Under the pieces are notes generated by a model. The model was not told the origin of the DNA, did no database searches, and was given only the letters and a program-made list of their open reading frames with translations. DNA of 64,000 bases from an uncultured Nitrososphaerota archaeon (GTDB lineage: Archaea > Korarchaeota > Korarchaeia > Korarchaeales > Korarchaeaceae): contig CAZQNA010000005.1 of NCBI GenBank assembly GCA_964594835.1, positions 85,419 to 149,418 of the forward strand, given 5' to 3'. Positions 37,139 to 45,576 of this stretch are shown one piece after another. A program made the position numbers and the translations under genes. Position 1 is the stretch's first letter. Each line of letters opens with the position of its first letter.

Positions 37139-37465
37139 ATGACCGCGAAGCCCCGTGACGTCAAGATCCTGGTCGCCTGCGGGACCGCTATTGCGACCGC
37201 CACGGTCGTGGCGGGCAAGATCAAGCAGGCCTTCGAGAAGCTGAAGATCCCGGTCACGATAGTGCAGTGCAAGGCGTCGGAGGTCCAGGGCAAGATAGAG
37301 GTCTTCGACCCGGACGTCATAGTCGCCAACACACCGATCTCTGAGAAGGCGGCCAGGGGCAAGCCCGTGATCAACGGGGTACCCTTCCTCACCGGGATAG
37401 GGGAGAAGGAGGCTCTGAAGAAGATATTCGAGGCCGTGGGGATAGCCCCTCCGGCCGACCTGTGA
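37139..37465 (+). CDS. gatB: PTS enzyme IIB (galactitol family)
   Basis: ILVACGTAIATAT (phospho-Cys loop), PVINGVPFLTGIG. Confidence 0.9.
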   Translation: MTAKPRDVKILVACGTAIATATVVAGKIKQAFEKLKIPVTIVQCKASEVQGKIEVFDPDVIVANTPISEKAARGKPVINGVPFLTGIGEKEALKKIFEAVGIAPPADL

Positions 37466-37638
37466 AATTTTTTACGAAATTAGAGCGACCCTTGAGGCCA
37501 GCCCGCTTCTTTTCGGCTTCAGAGCGGACAGTTGGCTCAGGAGGCTCCTTTTCTCTGGAGTAACAATCGCTAACTTTATTAGTAAGAGTCGAAGTCGTGG
37601 TAGTCAGCCGTCGAGCGCAGACGGCTGGTGAGTGGAAG

Positions 37639-38907
37639 ATGGACATCGTTGGAGCAGTCCAGTGGTTTCTGGGGCTGGGTGCCACGGTAGCCATACCAAT
37701 AATCCTGTTCATAGTGGGCTTGGCCTTCAAGATACCCGCAAGTAAGGCGTTCAGGGCGGCGCTGACGATCGCCTGCGGCTTCGTGGGCATAAACCTGGTG
37801 ATAGGCCTGCTGTGGGGGACCATGAGCGACGTGGCCCAGGCGATGGTGCAGAGGACCGGGATCGAGCTGACCGTCATCGACGTGGGCTGGCCGGCCGCGG
37901 CCGCTATCGCCTGGGGCACGATCGTGGGCGCCCTCACGATCCCGATAGACTTCATCATCAACATCATCATGCTGGCCCTTGGCCTCACGAAGACCATGGA
38001 CATCGACTTCTGGAACTACTGGCACTTCGCGTTCACAGGGTCCCTGGTCACTATGGCAACCGATAGCGTTCCCCTCGGGCTGATCGCATCCGCAATCAAC
38101 GCGATAATAGTGTTCAAGCTCGGAGACTGGACGGCAGAGGGAGTGCAGGAGATGCTCGGGATCCCGGGCATATCGCTGCCACACGGCTTCTCCGCTGCGT
38201 ACGTCCCCATAGGCATCCCGATCAAGAAGGCGATCGACGCCATACCACCCCTGCGGGATGTCAGGGCTGATCCAGAGGCCATCCGGGAGAGGCTGGGCGT
38301 CCTGGGGGAGCCGATGGTCATAGGCTTCATAATAGGCATCCTCCTGGCCATCGCGGCCGGGCAGGACATCGCGGGCATCCTGAACACGGGCGTGACCCTG
38401 GCCGGCGTCATGTACCTCATGCCAAAGGTTGTAGCCATACTGATGGAGGGGCTGGTCCCGATATCGGAGGCTGGCAAGAAGATCCTGGAGGAGAAGTACG
38501 GCGGGAGAGAGATGTACATCGGTCTGGACTCTGCGATCGCCATCGGTCACCCGACCGCCATAGCCGCGGCCCTGATACTGGTCCCGATAACGATAGGCCT
38601 CGCGTTCGTGCTGCCGGGCAACAAGTTCCTGCCCCTCGCCGACCTGGCCGTCCTGCCCTTCATGGTCTGCATGCTCGTGCCGATCGTGAAGGGCAACGTG
38701 GTCCACACGGTCATCATAGGGGCGATCGTGCTCATCCCGGCCATGTACATAGGCACCTTCCTGGCGCCGTACGTCACGCAGGCCGCCATAACCGCGGGCT
38801 TCGAGGCCCCTGAGGGGGCTACCCTGATCTCCAGCATCTGCGATGGTACCAACCCGCTGACCTTCGTCCTCTTCCTGCCGTTCTACCTCCTGTTCGGGAA
38901 GAAGTGA
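37639..38907 (+). CDS. gatC: PTS enzyme IIC (galactitol family permease)
   Basis: GFVGINL, IDVGWP, DIDFWNYWHFAFTG, LMEGLVPISE, IGLDSAIAIGHP, LPGNKFLPLADL. Confidence 0.93.
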   Translation: MDIVGAVQWFLGLGATVAIPIILFIVGLAFKIPASKAFRAALTIACGFVGINLVIGLLWGTMSDVAQAMVQRTGIELTVIDVGWPAAAAIAWGTIVGALTIPIDFIINIIMLALGLTKTMDIDFWNYWHFAFTGSLVTMATDSVPLGLIASAINAIIVFKLGDWTAEGVQEMLGIPGISLPHGFSAAYVPIGIPIKKAIDAIPPLRDVRADPEAIRERLGVLGEPMVIGFIIGILLAIAAGQDIAGILNTGVTLAGVMYLMPKVVAILMEGLVPISEAGKKILEEKYGGREMYIGLDSAIAIGHPTAIAAALILVPITIGLAFVLPGNKFLPLADLAVLPFMVCMLVPIVKGNVVHTVIIGAIVLIPAMYIGTFLAPYVTQAAITAGFEAPEGATLISSICDGTNPLTFVLFLPFYLLFGKK

Positions 38908-38923
38908 GAGCGGGCCACCCCAG

Positions 38924-38942
38924 CCCTCTTCCCCTCTTTTTA
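38924..38942 (+). terminator. Pyrimidine/oligo-T terminator after gatC
   Basis: CCCTCTTCCCCTCTTTTTA 16 nt after the stop codon. Confidence 0.45.
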
Positions 38943-38991
38943 TTGCGGGCCGGCTTTCTCCCAGGGTCTGGTCGGAAGGAGGGACTCCACG

Positions 38992-39480
38992 TTGGACGAG
39001 TCGAATGGAGGCAGGGCCGTCCTCCTCTCTTACAAGAGGGAGATCGCGGTAACCTTGGTAGTTCTGGTGCTGGCTGTCATGTGGCTCCACTCGGCCTTCA
39101 GCGTTCACTCAAACCTTAGGCTCGTGTACGCCCAGCCCTACGTCAGCGGAAACTTCACCGGCCTCGCGCTGAACTTCACGCTGAAGAACGACGGATTCTA
39201 CCCGCTCTTCGTCTCCGCGGGAATGAGCCTGAGAGACCCGGAGACGGGGGAGGTGATCGAGAACTTCTCCGCTTCACTGGGACTGGTCAAGGGTCGCAGC
39301 GACGGCTACAGGGTTCTGCTGCTCCCGCTGCCGCCCCAAACGATCGAGCAACTCCCTCCGAGGCTCGAGGTCGACATGGTTGGCTACTACGAGGCCAAGC
39401 TGTTCTGGCTGCCGGGCATTCGCGTGCCTCTCCACAAGGAACTCGTCGCTCCCGTGCTGAACGAGACGTGGAAGGGGTGA
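38992..39480 (+). CDS. Hypothetical single-TM exported protein
   Basis: N-terminal TM followed by a beta-rich domain with NFT/NFS sequons. Confidence 0.6.
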   Translation: MDESNGGRAVLLSYKREIAVTLVVLVLAVMWLHSAFSVHSNLRLVYAQPYVSGNFTGLALNFTLKNDGFYPLFVSAGMSLRDPETGEVIENFSASLGLVKGRSDGYRVLLLPLPPQTIEQLPPRLEVDMVGYYEAKLFWLPGIRVPLHKELVAPVLNETWKG

Positions 39481-39527
39481 CAGAACATCTTCCAGATAGA
39501 AACGCCAAAAAGACTCGGGGGAGGAGC

Positions 39528-40670
39528 TTAAGCCAGCTCCTCCGGGTTCTCCAAGAGTTCAACCACCCGCCTCAGGAACCTGGCGGCGGGTACGCCGTCC
39601 ACGACCCTGTGGTCGAAGACCAGGCAGAGGGCCATAAGGGGCCTGACCTCGATCTCCCCCTCGGCTGCGACCGGAGTCTTGGTGATCGCGCCCACGCCGA
39701 GTATGGCGGACTGCGGCGGATTGATGATCGGCGTGAAGATCTCCACCCCCTCGGAGCCCAGGTTCGAGACCGTGAAGGTGCTCCCGGAGACGTCCCTGGG
39801 GCTTAGCCCCTCCTCGCTCCGAGCCTTGCTCGCCAGCTCCTCTATCTCCCTGGTTATCTGCATCAGGTCCTTCTTGTCGGCGTCTCGGACGACGGGCACC
39901 ACGAGCCCGTCGGGGATGCTCACCGCGACGCCCACGTTGATCTCGTCGTAAACGACTATCTTGTCCCCTACAACGCTCGAGTTGAGTTCCCTATGCTCCT
40001 CGAGGGCCTTGGCTACCGCCTTCACCACGAGGGCCGTTATTGAGAACTTCCTCCCCTCGGCAGCTTCGCGCCTCCTGAGCTCCAGGGCCCTGGACATGTC
40101 CGCCCTCATGACTATCGTGACGCTCGGTATCTCCCTGTGGCTCTCCGTCAGCCTCCTGGCTATCGTTCCCCTCTTTCCAGTCAGCTCGATCTCCCTCAGG
40201 ACTCTAGGCCCCTCCTCGCCAAGCTCGGCCCTGGGGCCGGCGGATTCCACGTACCTGAGGACGTCCTCCCTGGTTATCCTCCCGCCGGGGCCCGTGCCCC
40301 GCACCTCCCTGAGGTCGACGCCGTACTCCCTGGCCAGTCGCCTGGCGGCCGGGCTGGCCCTAACCTCGACCGTCCCGCTGGGGGCCTCCCGCCTGTACTC
40401 CTCCTCCGCCGAGATCTGCTCCCCGGGGGCCGCGACGACCGCCAAGACTGTCAGCACGGGAACCTCCTCGCCCTCCTGAACGAGGATCTTGGCGAGCACT
40501 CCGTCGGCCGGCGACTCGATCGGGAAGGTGGTCTTCTCCCCCTCTGCGGTGGCTATCTCCTCGCCCTTCTTGACCGGCTCGCCCTCCCTCTTCAGCCACT
40601 TGATCAGCTTGCCCGTCTTCATTCCGGGGTCGAGGCGGGGCATCACGACCTTCCACGGCATCGCTATCAT
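39528..40670 (-). CDS. Dihydrolipoamide acyltransferase (E2)
   Basis: Lipoyl domain (EGEKTT), PSBD ASPAARRLA..GTGPGGRITREDV, TFTVSNLG, DHRVVDG. Confidence 0.93.
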   Translation of the reverse strand: MIAMPWKVVMPRLDPGMKTGKLIKWLKREGEPVKKGEEIATAEGEKTTFPIESPADGVLAKILVQEGEEVPVLTVLAVVAAPGEQISAEEEYRREAPSGTVEVRASPAARRLAREYGVDLREVRGTGPGGRITREDVLRYVESAGPRAELGEEGPRVLREIELTGKRGTIARRLTESHREIPSVTIVMRADMSRALELRRREAAEGRKFSITALVVKAVAKALEEHRELNSSVVGDKIVVYDEINVGVAVSIPDGLVVPVVRDADKKDLMQITREIEELASKARSEEGLSPRDVSGSTFTVSNLGSEGVEIFTPIINPPQSAILGVGAITKTPVAAEGEIEVRPLMALCLVFDHRVVDGVPAARFLRRVVELLENPEELA

Positions 40671-40679
40671 CCCGACTGG

Positions 40680-41687
40680 CTACACTATGCCCTCCACCGC
40701 CTCGACTATGTCCTTTGCCCAGCGCATGTACCGCTTCTCGAGCGAGGGGGAGAACGGGATGGGCATGTCGGGCGACGCCACCCTCACGATCGGGGCGTCC
40801 AGGTAGTCGAAGGCCCCCTCGACGATGGTGGCCGCCAGCTCGGCGGTGACGCCGCCGGTCTTGCAGTCGTCCGCCGCCACGACGGCCCTCCCCGTCTTCT
40901 TCACGGATTCCACTATCGTCTTCCTGTCCAGGGGGTTGAGGGTCCTTGGATCGATCACCTCCGCGCTTATCCCCTTCTTCTCGAGCTCCTCGGCGGCCTT
41001 CAGGGCCTCGTGAACCATCCTGGACACCGCCACGATGGTGACGTCGCTTCCCTCCCTCTTCACGTCCGCCACGCCCAGGGGGACCTCGTAGGGCTCCTCC
41101 GGCACGGGGCCCTTCACCCCGTAGTAGAGAACTGCGCACTCGATGAACAGCACGGGGTTGTCGTCCCTTATCGAGCTGATGATGAGCCCCTTCGCGTCGT
41201 AGGGTGTCGAGGGGGTCACCACCTTCAGCCCGGGGACGTTCATGTACCAGGCCGGGAAGAAGTTTGAGTGCTGGGCCGCGTGCGCCCTCCCCAGGCTGTA
41301 CTGGGTCCTCACCACCATCGGCACCTTGAGCTTGCCGCCCGATGAGAACCTCATCTTGGCCGCCTGGATGACCAGCTGCTCGGTCGCTATCGGCAGGAAG
41401 TCCATGTACATGATCTCGGCCACGGGCCTCAGCCCCATTATCGCCGCCCCTATGGCCGCCCCCACGATGGCGATCTCGGATATGGGGGTGTCCCTCACCC
41501 TCTCCGGGCCGAACTCCTCCAGGAGCCCCTTGGTTACCTTGAACGCCCCGCCGTACGCTCCTATGTCCTCGCCCAGGAGGACGACGCTCTCGTCCCTCTG
41601 CATCTCCTGCCTGAGTCCCTCCCTTATGGCCTCCGCGTAGGTGAGAACTCGCTCCTCGCCGCCGCTCAAGCGTAGATCACCTCCCAC
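40680..41687 (-). CDS. 2-oxoacid/acetoin dehydrogenase-like E1 beta subunit
   Basis: LGEDIG, DTPISE, GLRPVAEIMY.DF, AQHS, AEVIDPRTL, LDAPI. Confidence 0.93.
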   Translation of the reverse strand: MGGDLRLSGGEERVLTYAEAIREGLRQEMQRDESVVLLGEDIGAYGGAFKVTKGLLEEFGPERVRDTPISEIAIVGAAIGAAIMGLRPVAEIMYMDFLPIATEQLVIQAAKMRFSSGGKLKVPMVVRTQYSLGRAHAAQHSNFFPAWYMNVPGLKVVTPSTPYDAKGLIISSIRDDNPVLFIECAVLYYGVKGPVPEEPYEVPLGVADVKREGSDVTIVAVSRMVHEALKAAEELEKKGISAEVIDPRTLNPLDRKTIVESVKKTGRAVVAADDCKTGGVTAELAATIVEGAFDYLDAPIVRVASPDMPIPFSPSLEKRYMRWAKDIVEAVEGIV

Positions 41688-42694
41688 AGCCTCTCAAATT
41701 CCAGGACCTCGCTCTCATCGGCGAACCTAACGGCCTCCTCGATCTCCCTGGCCACCTCCTCCCTGATTCCCCTTAGAACCTCCTCAGTGGCGATCCCTGC
41801 CTCCACGAGCTTCCTCTCGAACCTCGGCAGGGGGTCCCTCTTCTCCCACTCCTCGACCTCCTCCTTCGGCCTGTAGGTCGCCTTGTCGTACACCCCGTGC
41901 CCCTTGAGCCTGTACGTGATGAACTCGATCAGGGTAGGGCCGTCCCCCCGAAGCGCCCTGTCCGCGGCCTCTTTCGTGGCCTTGTAGACGCTCAGAACGT
42001 CGTTCCCGTCGACCACCACGCCCGGCATCCCGTAAGAGACGGCCCTCAGGGCGATTCTCCCGCACGTCACGGACCTGCTCGCCGGCATTGACATCCCCCA
42101 CTGGTTGTTCTCGCAGGCGAAGATCACCGGGAGCTTCCAGAAGGACGCGAGGTTCAGCCCCTCGTGGAACGCGCCGGTGTTCGCGGCCCCGTCGCTGAAG
42201 AACCCGACGACCACCTTCCCCTCTCCCCTGTACTTGATGGCCAGCGCCGCCCCGGCCGCTATGGGGATGCCGCTGCCGACTATGGCGGAGGCCCAGAGCC
42301 CACCCCTCTCGGGGTCTATGGCGACGTGCATGGAACCGCCGAGCCCCCTGACGACGCCGGTCTTCTTCCCGAACAGCTCCGCCATCACCTCCCTGGCCGG
42401 AATCCCGATCGCGAGGGCGTGGCCGTGTCCCCTGTGGTGGCTCACTACGTACCCGAAGCCCTCTATGGCCCGGGCCACGCCCACCGCGATCGCCTCCTCT
42501 CCAGTGTAGAGGTGAGCCGTCCCCTGAATCCTCGCCTCGTAGAGATAGAGCTGCTCAACTCGTCCCTCAAAGAAACGAAGCTCCACTAGTTTTCTGTACA
42601 TCTCAAGGAGGTCTTCCCTCGTCAATCCGAGGGAGAGGGCCTCTTGGACGGAGACCCCCCTGACCTCCTCCACCTCCACCTCCAGCTTCCCCAA
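41666..42694 (-). CDS. 2-oxoacid/acetoin dehydrogenase-like E1 alpha subunit
   Basis: HLYTGEEA, HHRGHGH, GGSMH, SDGAANTG..ENN TPP motif, TYRLKGH. Confidence 0.93.
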   Translation of the reverse strand: MGKLEVEVEEVRGVSVQEALSLGLTREDLLEMYRKLVELRFFEGRVEQLYLYEARIQGTAHLYTGEEAIAVGVARAIEGFGYVVSHHRGHGHALAIGIPAREVMAELFGKKTGVVRGLGGSMHVAIDPERGGLWASAIVGSGIPIAAGAALAIKYRGEGKVVVGFFSDGAANTGAFHEGLNLASFWKLPVIFACENNQWGMSMPASRSVTCGRIALRAVSYGMPGVVVDGNDVLSVYKATKEAADRALRGDGPTLIEFITYRLKGHGVYDKATYRPKEEVEEWEKRDPLPRFERKLVEAGIATEEVLRGIREEVAREIEEAVRFADESEVLEFERLWEVIYA

Positions 42695-42727
42695 TGTCGA
42701 AGCACCGCTGAAAGGGATAGGACAATC

Positions 42728-43411
42728 TTATAGTTTTTGATGATGGTGGTGACCCGCCTCCGCGCACCTTCTCAGCTCTCTCGCCGAGTTCGCGGGATCT
42801 CCCCGGCCGAAGATGGCCGAGCCGGCTATTATGACGCTCGCACCCGCCTCGATGACTCTCTCAATGGTGCCGCAGTTTATCCCCCCGTCAACGGCTATCG
42901 GGATGTCCAGGCCCCTCTCCCTCAGCACCTCTCTCAGCCGCGAGATCTTTCCCAGCGTGCCCTCTAGGAACCTCTGCCCACCGAACCCCGGCTCGACCGT
43001 CATCACAAGGACGATGTCCACCTCGCCAAGCACCTCCTCAAGCGAGGTCAGCGGCGTCCCCGGGTTTATTGCCAGGCCGACCTCGACCCCCGAGGACCTC
43101 AGCGAGCCACAGAGGGAGAAAGGCCTCTTGGATGCCTCCACGTGGAAGTAGATCACGTCGGAGCCCGCCTCCGCGAACCTCTCCGCGTACCTCTCCGGGG
43201 CATCTATCATGAGGTGGGCCTCGATTGGAAGGTCCGTGGCCCTCCTCAGGGCCCTGACCACGGGGAGCCCGAACGAGAGATTCGGAACGAAGTGACCGTC
43301 CATCACATCAACGTGGATCGAGTCGACGCCCCCTTCCCTGGCGCGGACAACCTCCTCACCGAGCCTGGAGAGGTCTGCCGAGAGTATGGAGGCCGAGAGG
43401 CGGATCGTCAT
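42728..43411 (-). CDS. rpe: Ribulose-phosphate 3-epimerase family
   Basis: SILSAD, HVDVMDGHFVPN, AHLMI, MTVEPGFGGQ, VDGGI, AGSAIF. Confidence 0.93.
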   Translation of the reverse strand: MTIRLSASILSADLSRLGEEVVRAREGGVDSIHVDVMDGHFVPNLSFGLPVVRALRRATDLPIEAHLMIDAPERYAERFAEAGSDVIYFHVEASKRPFSLCGSLRSSGVEVGLAINPGTPLTSLEEVLGEVDIVLVMTVEPGFGGQRFLEGTLGKISRLREVLRERGLDIPIAVDGGINCGTIERVIEAGASVIIAGSAIFGRGDPANSARELRRCAEAGHHHHQKL

Positions 43412-43435
43412 CCGCCCATCTAGGCTTTAGACAAG

Positions 43436-43443
43436 TATTTAAG
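43436..43443. promoter_or_regulatory. TATA box in the divergent rpe/ptsH promoter
   Basis: TATTTAAG, the main AT-rich element in the short gap between the divergent genes. Confidence 0.55.
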
Positions 43444-43479
43444 GATCCTATCCCTTTGGAGCGGCTTCGGATGAGTTCA

Positions 43480-43755
43480 ATGGCCCACGCGGAGGCGAGG
43501 GTTCAGCTGAGGAACAGAGTGGGACTCCACGCCCGACCAGCGTCTCTCTTCGTGCAGACGGCAAGGAGATTCAGCTCCAAGATTGTCGTTAGAAAGGATG
43601 ATAAGGAAGCCGACGCCAAAAGCATCCTCGGAGTGCTCTCCCTGGGCGCCGAGTGCGGCCACTGGATAACGATCGTGGCCGAGGGAGACGACGCCGAGGA
43701 GGCCGTCCAGACGCTGGCGTCCCTCGTCGAGAGCCGATTTGGGGAGGCTGAGTGA
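43480..43755 (+). CDS. ptsH: Phosphocarrier HPr
   Basis: GLHARPA (His15), ADAKSILGVLSL (Ser46). Confidence 0.95.
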   Translation: MAHAEARVQLRNRVGLHARPASLFVQTARRFSSKIVVRKDDKEADAKSILGVLSLGAECGHWITIVAEGDDAEEAVQTLASLVESRFGEAE

Positions 43756-45502
43756 CTTGCGGGCCGGCCCCCGGGAGTTCAGGGGCATACCCGCCTCACC
43801 GGGAGTCGCTGTCGGGAGGGCTTACCTGTACGTTCGGGGCTACGTAGAGGTCGAGAAGAGGAAGCTTAGCGAGGACGAGGTCGAAGGAGAGATACTGAGA
43901 TTTGAGAGCGCCGTCACGCTCTCTAAGGGATACCTGAAGAGGCTGTATGAGAGGGTAAAGGCGGAGGTGGGCGAGGAGGAGGCGAAGATCTACGAGGCGC
44001 ACCTGATGATCCTGGAAGACGAGGCCTCCTTCCTGAAGCCCGTGGAGGTCATGATAAGGGAGCAGATGGTCAACGCCGAGTACGCCGTCGAGACCGTGCT
44101 CGAGAGGGTCGCCAAGCTCTTCGAGGAGATGGAGAGCCAGTACATGAGGGAGAGGGCGGCCGACGTGAGGGACGTGAAGAGGCTTGTCCTGACGGCCCTC
44201 AAGGGGAAGATAAACGAGATCTCGGCGCCTCCGGAGGAGTCGGTCATAGTGGCCCACGAGCTGCTGCCGAGCGACGTCGCCACCCTCGACAAGTCCAAGG
44301 TCCTGGGCTTTGCCACGGACACGGGAGGCCCCACATCCCACGTCGCGATAGTTGCGAGGACCCTCGGCATACCGGCGGTGGTGGGGCTCAAGGACCTCTC
44401 GGTCCACGTGAGGACCGGAGATCAGGTCGTGGTGGACGGGGACCAGGGGCTCGTGATAGTCAGGCCAGACAGGGAGACCCTCAAGACCTACAGGATCAGG
44501 ATGTCCGAGCAGATCCGAGAGAAGATGGCCCTCATGAAGTACGCGACCCTGCCAGCCGAGACGAGGGACGGCTTCAGGATAGGCGTGTTCGCCAACGTCG
44601 GGGGAGTGGAGGACCTGGAGCAAGCCCTCACGATGGGGGCCGAGGGTATAGGCCTGCTGAGGACGGAGTTCATGTACGTCAACTCCCCGAGGTTCCCCAC
44701 GGAGGATGAGCTCTACTCGAGCCTCAGGAGGTTCGTGGAGAGGATGGGGGAGAGGCCGGTGATAGTCAGGACCCTCGACATGGGCGCCGACAAGCCGCTC
44801 CCCTACTTTTCCATGCCCCCTGAGCCCAACCCCATGCTCGGCTGGAGGGGGGTGAGGGTCACCCTAGACAGGCCGGAGATCCTCATGACTCAGGTGAAGG
44901 CCGCCCTGAGGGCGGCTGTCCACGGGAACCTGTGGATAATGTTCCCGATGATCTCCACTGTCGAGGAGGTCAGGAGGGCGAGGGAGCTGATTCACGACGC
45001 CGCCTCCCAGCTGAGGAAGGAGGGGAAGGAGCACAGGGATGAGGTGAAGGTGGGGGTGATGATTGAGACCCCCTCCGCCGTGTTCCTGGCCAGAGACCTG
45101 GCCAGGGAGGTTGACTTCTTCAGTATAGGGACCAACGACCTCACCCAGTACGTCATGGCGGCCGACAGGACGAACGAGCTCGTGGCCGACCTCTACAACC
45201 ACCTCCAGCCCTCCGTGATCAGGGCCGTCAGCCGGGTTGTGCAGGCCGCGAGGGAGGTGGAGATCCACGTGGGAATGTGCGGGGAGATGGGCGGGGACGA
45301 GCTTGCCATCCCCCTGCTAGTCGGAATGGGACTGGACGAGATCAGCATGGCCCCGGCCTCAATCCCCAGGGCCAAAAGGTTGGTGAGATCGATAACTAGG
45401 GAGTCGGCCGAGACCCTCTTGGAGGAGGTCCTGAGGGCGAGCACGCTCGGCGAGGTTAGGGAGATCCTGGAGTCGTACGCGAGGTCAATCTCATACGACT
45501 AG
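43739..45502 (+). CDS. ptsI: PTS enzyme I (PEP-protein phosphotransferase)
   Basis: GIPASPG, GGPTSHVAI (phospho-His), GIGLLRTEF, RTLDMGADK, MIETP, FSIGTNDLTQY, MCGE; the start may be TTG43757. Confidence 0.95.
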   Translation: MGRLSDLRAGPREFRGIPASPGVAVGRAYLYVRGYVEVEKRKLSEDEVEGEILRFESAVTLSKGYLKRLYERVKAEVGEEEAKIYEAHLMILEDEASFLKPVEVMIREQMVNAEYAVETVLERVAKLFEEMESQYMRERAADVRDVKRLVLTALKGKINEISAPPEESVIVAHELLPSDVATLDKSKVLGFATDTGGPTSHVAIVARTLGIPAVVGLKDLSVHVRTGDQVVVDGDQGLVIVRPDRETLKTYRIRMSEQIREKMALMKYATLPAETRDGFRIGVFANVGGVEDLEQALTMGAEGIGLLRTEFMYVNSPRFPTEDELYSSLRRFVERMGERPVIVRTLDMGADKPLPYFSMPPEPNPMLGWRGVRVTLDRPEILMTQVKAALRAAVHGNLWIMFPMISTVEEVRRARELIHDAASQLRKEGKEHRDEVKVGVMIETPSAVFLARDLAREVDFFSIGTNDLTQYVMAADRTNELVADLYNHLQPSVIRAVSRVVQAAREVEIHVGMCGEMGGDELAIPLLVGMGLDEISMAPASIPRAKRLVRSITRESAETLLEEVLRASTLGEVREILESYARSISYD

Positions 45503-45576
45503 CCCCCGGGCTATGCCAGCCCCTCTCTCACTGAGCTTTATTTAGGAGAGCCGTCGGTCCCTTGCCCTGATCCCCG

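Noticed and set aside
36612-45502. PTS block as a mobile island or bacterial contamination
   Set aside because: No integrase, transposase, att repeats or visible composition shift; archaeal-type promoters lie inside the block
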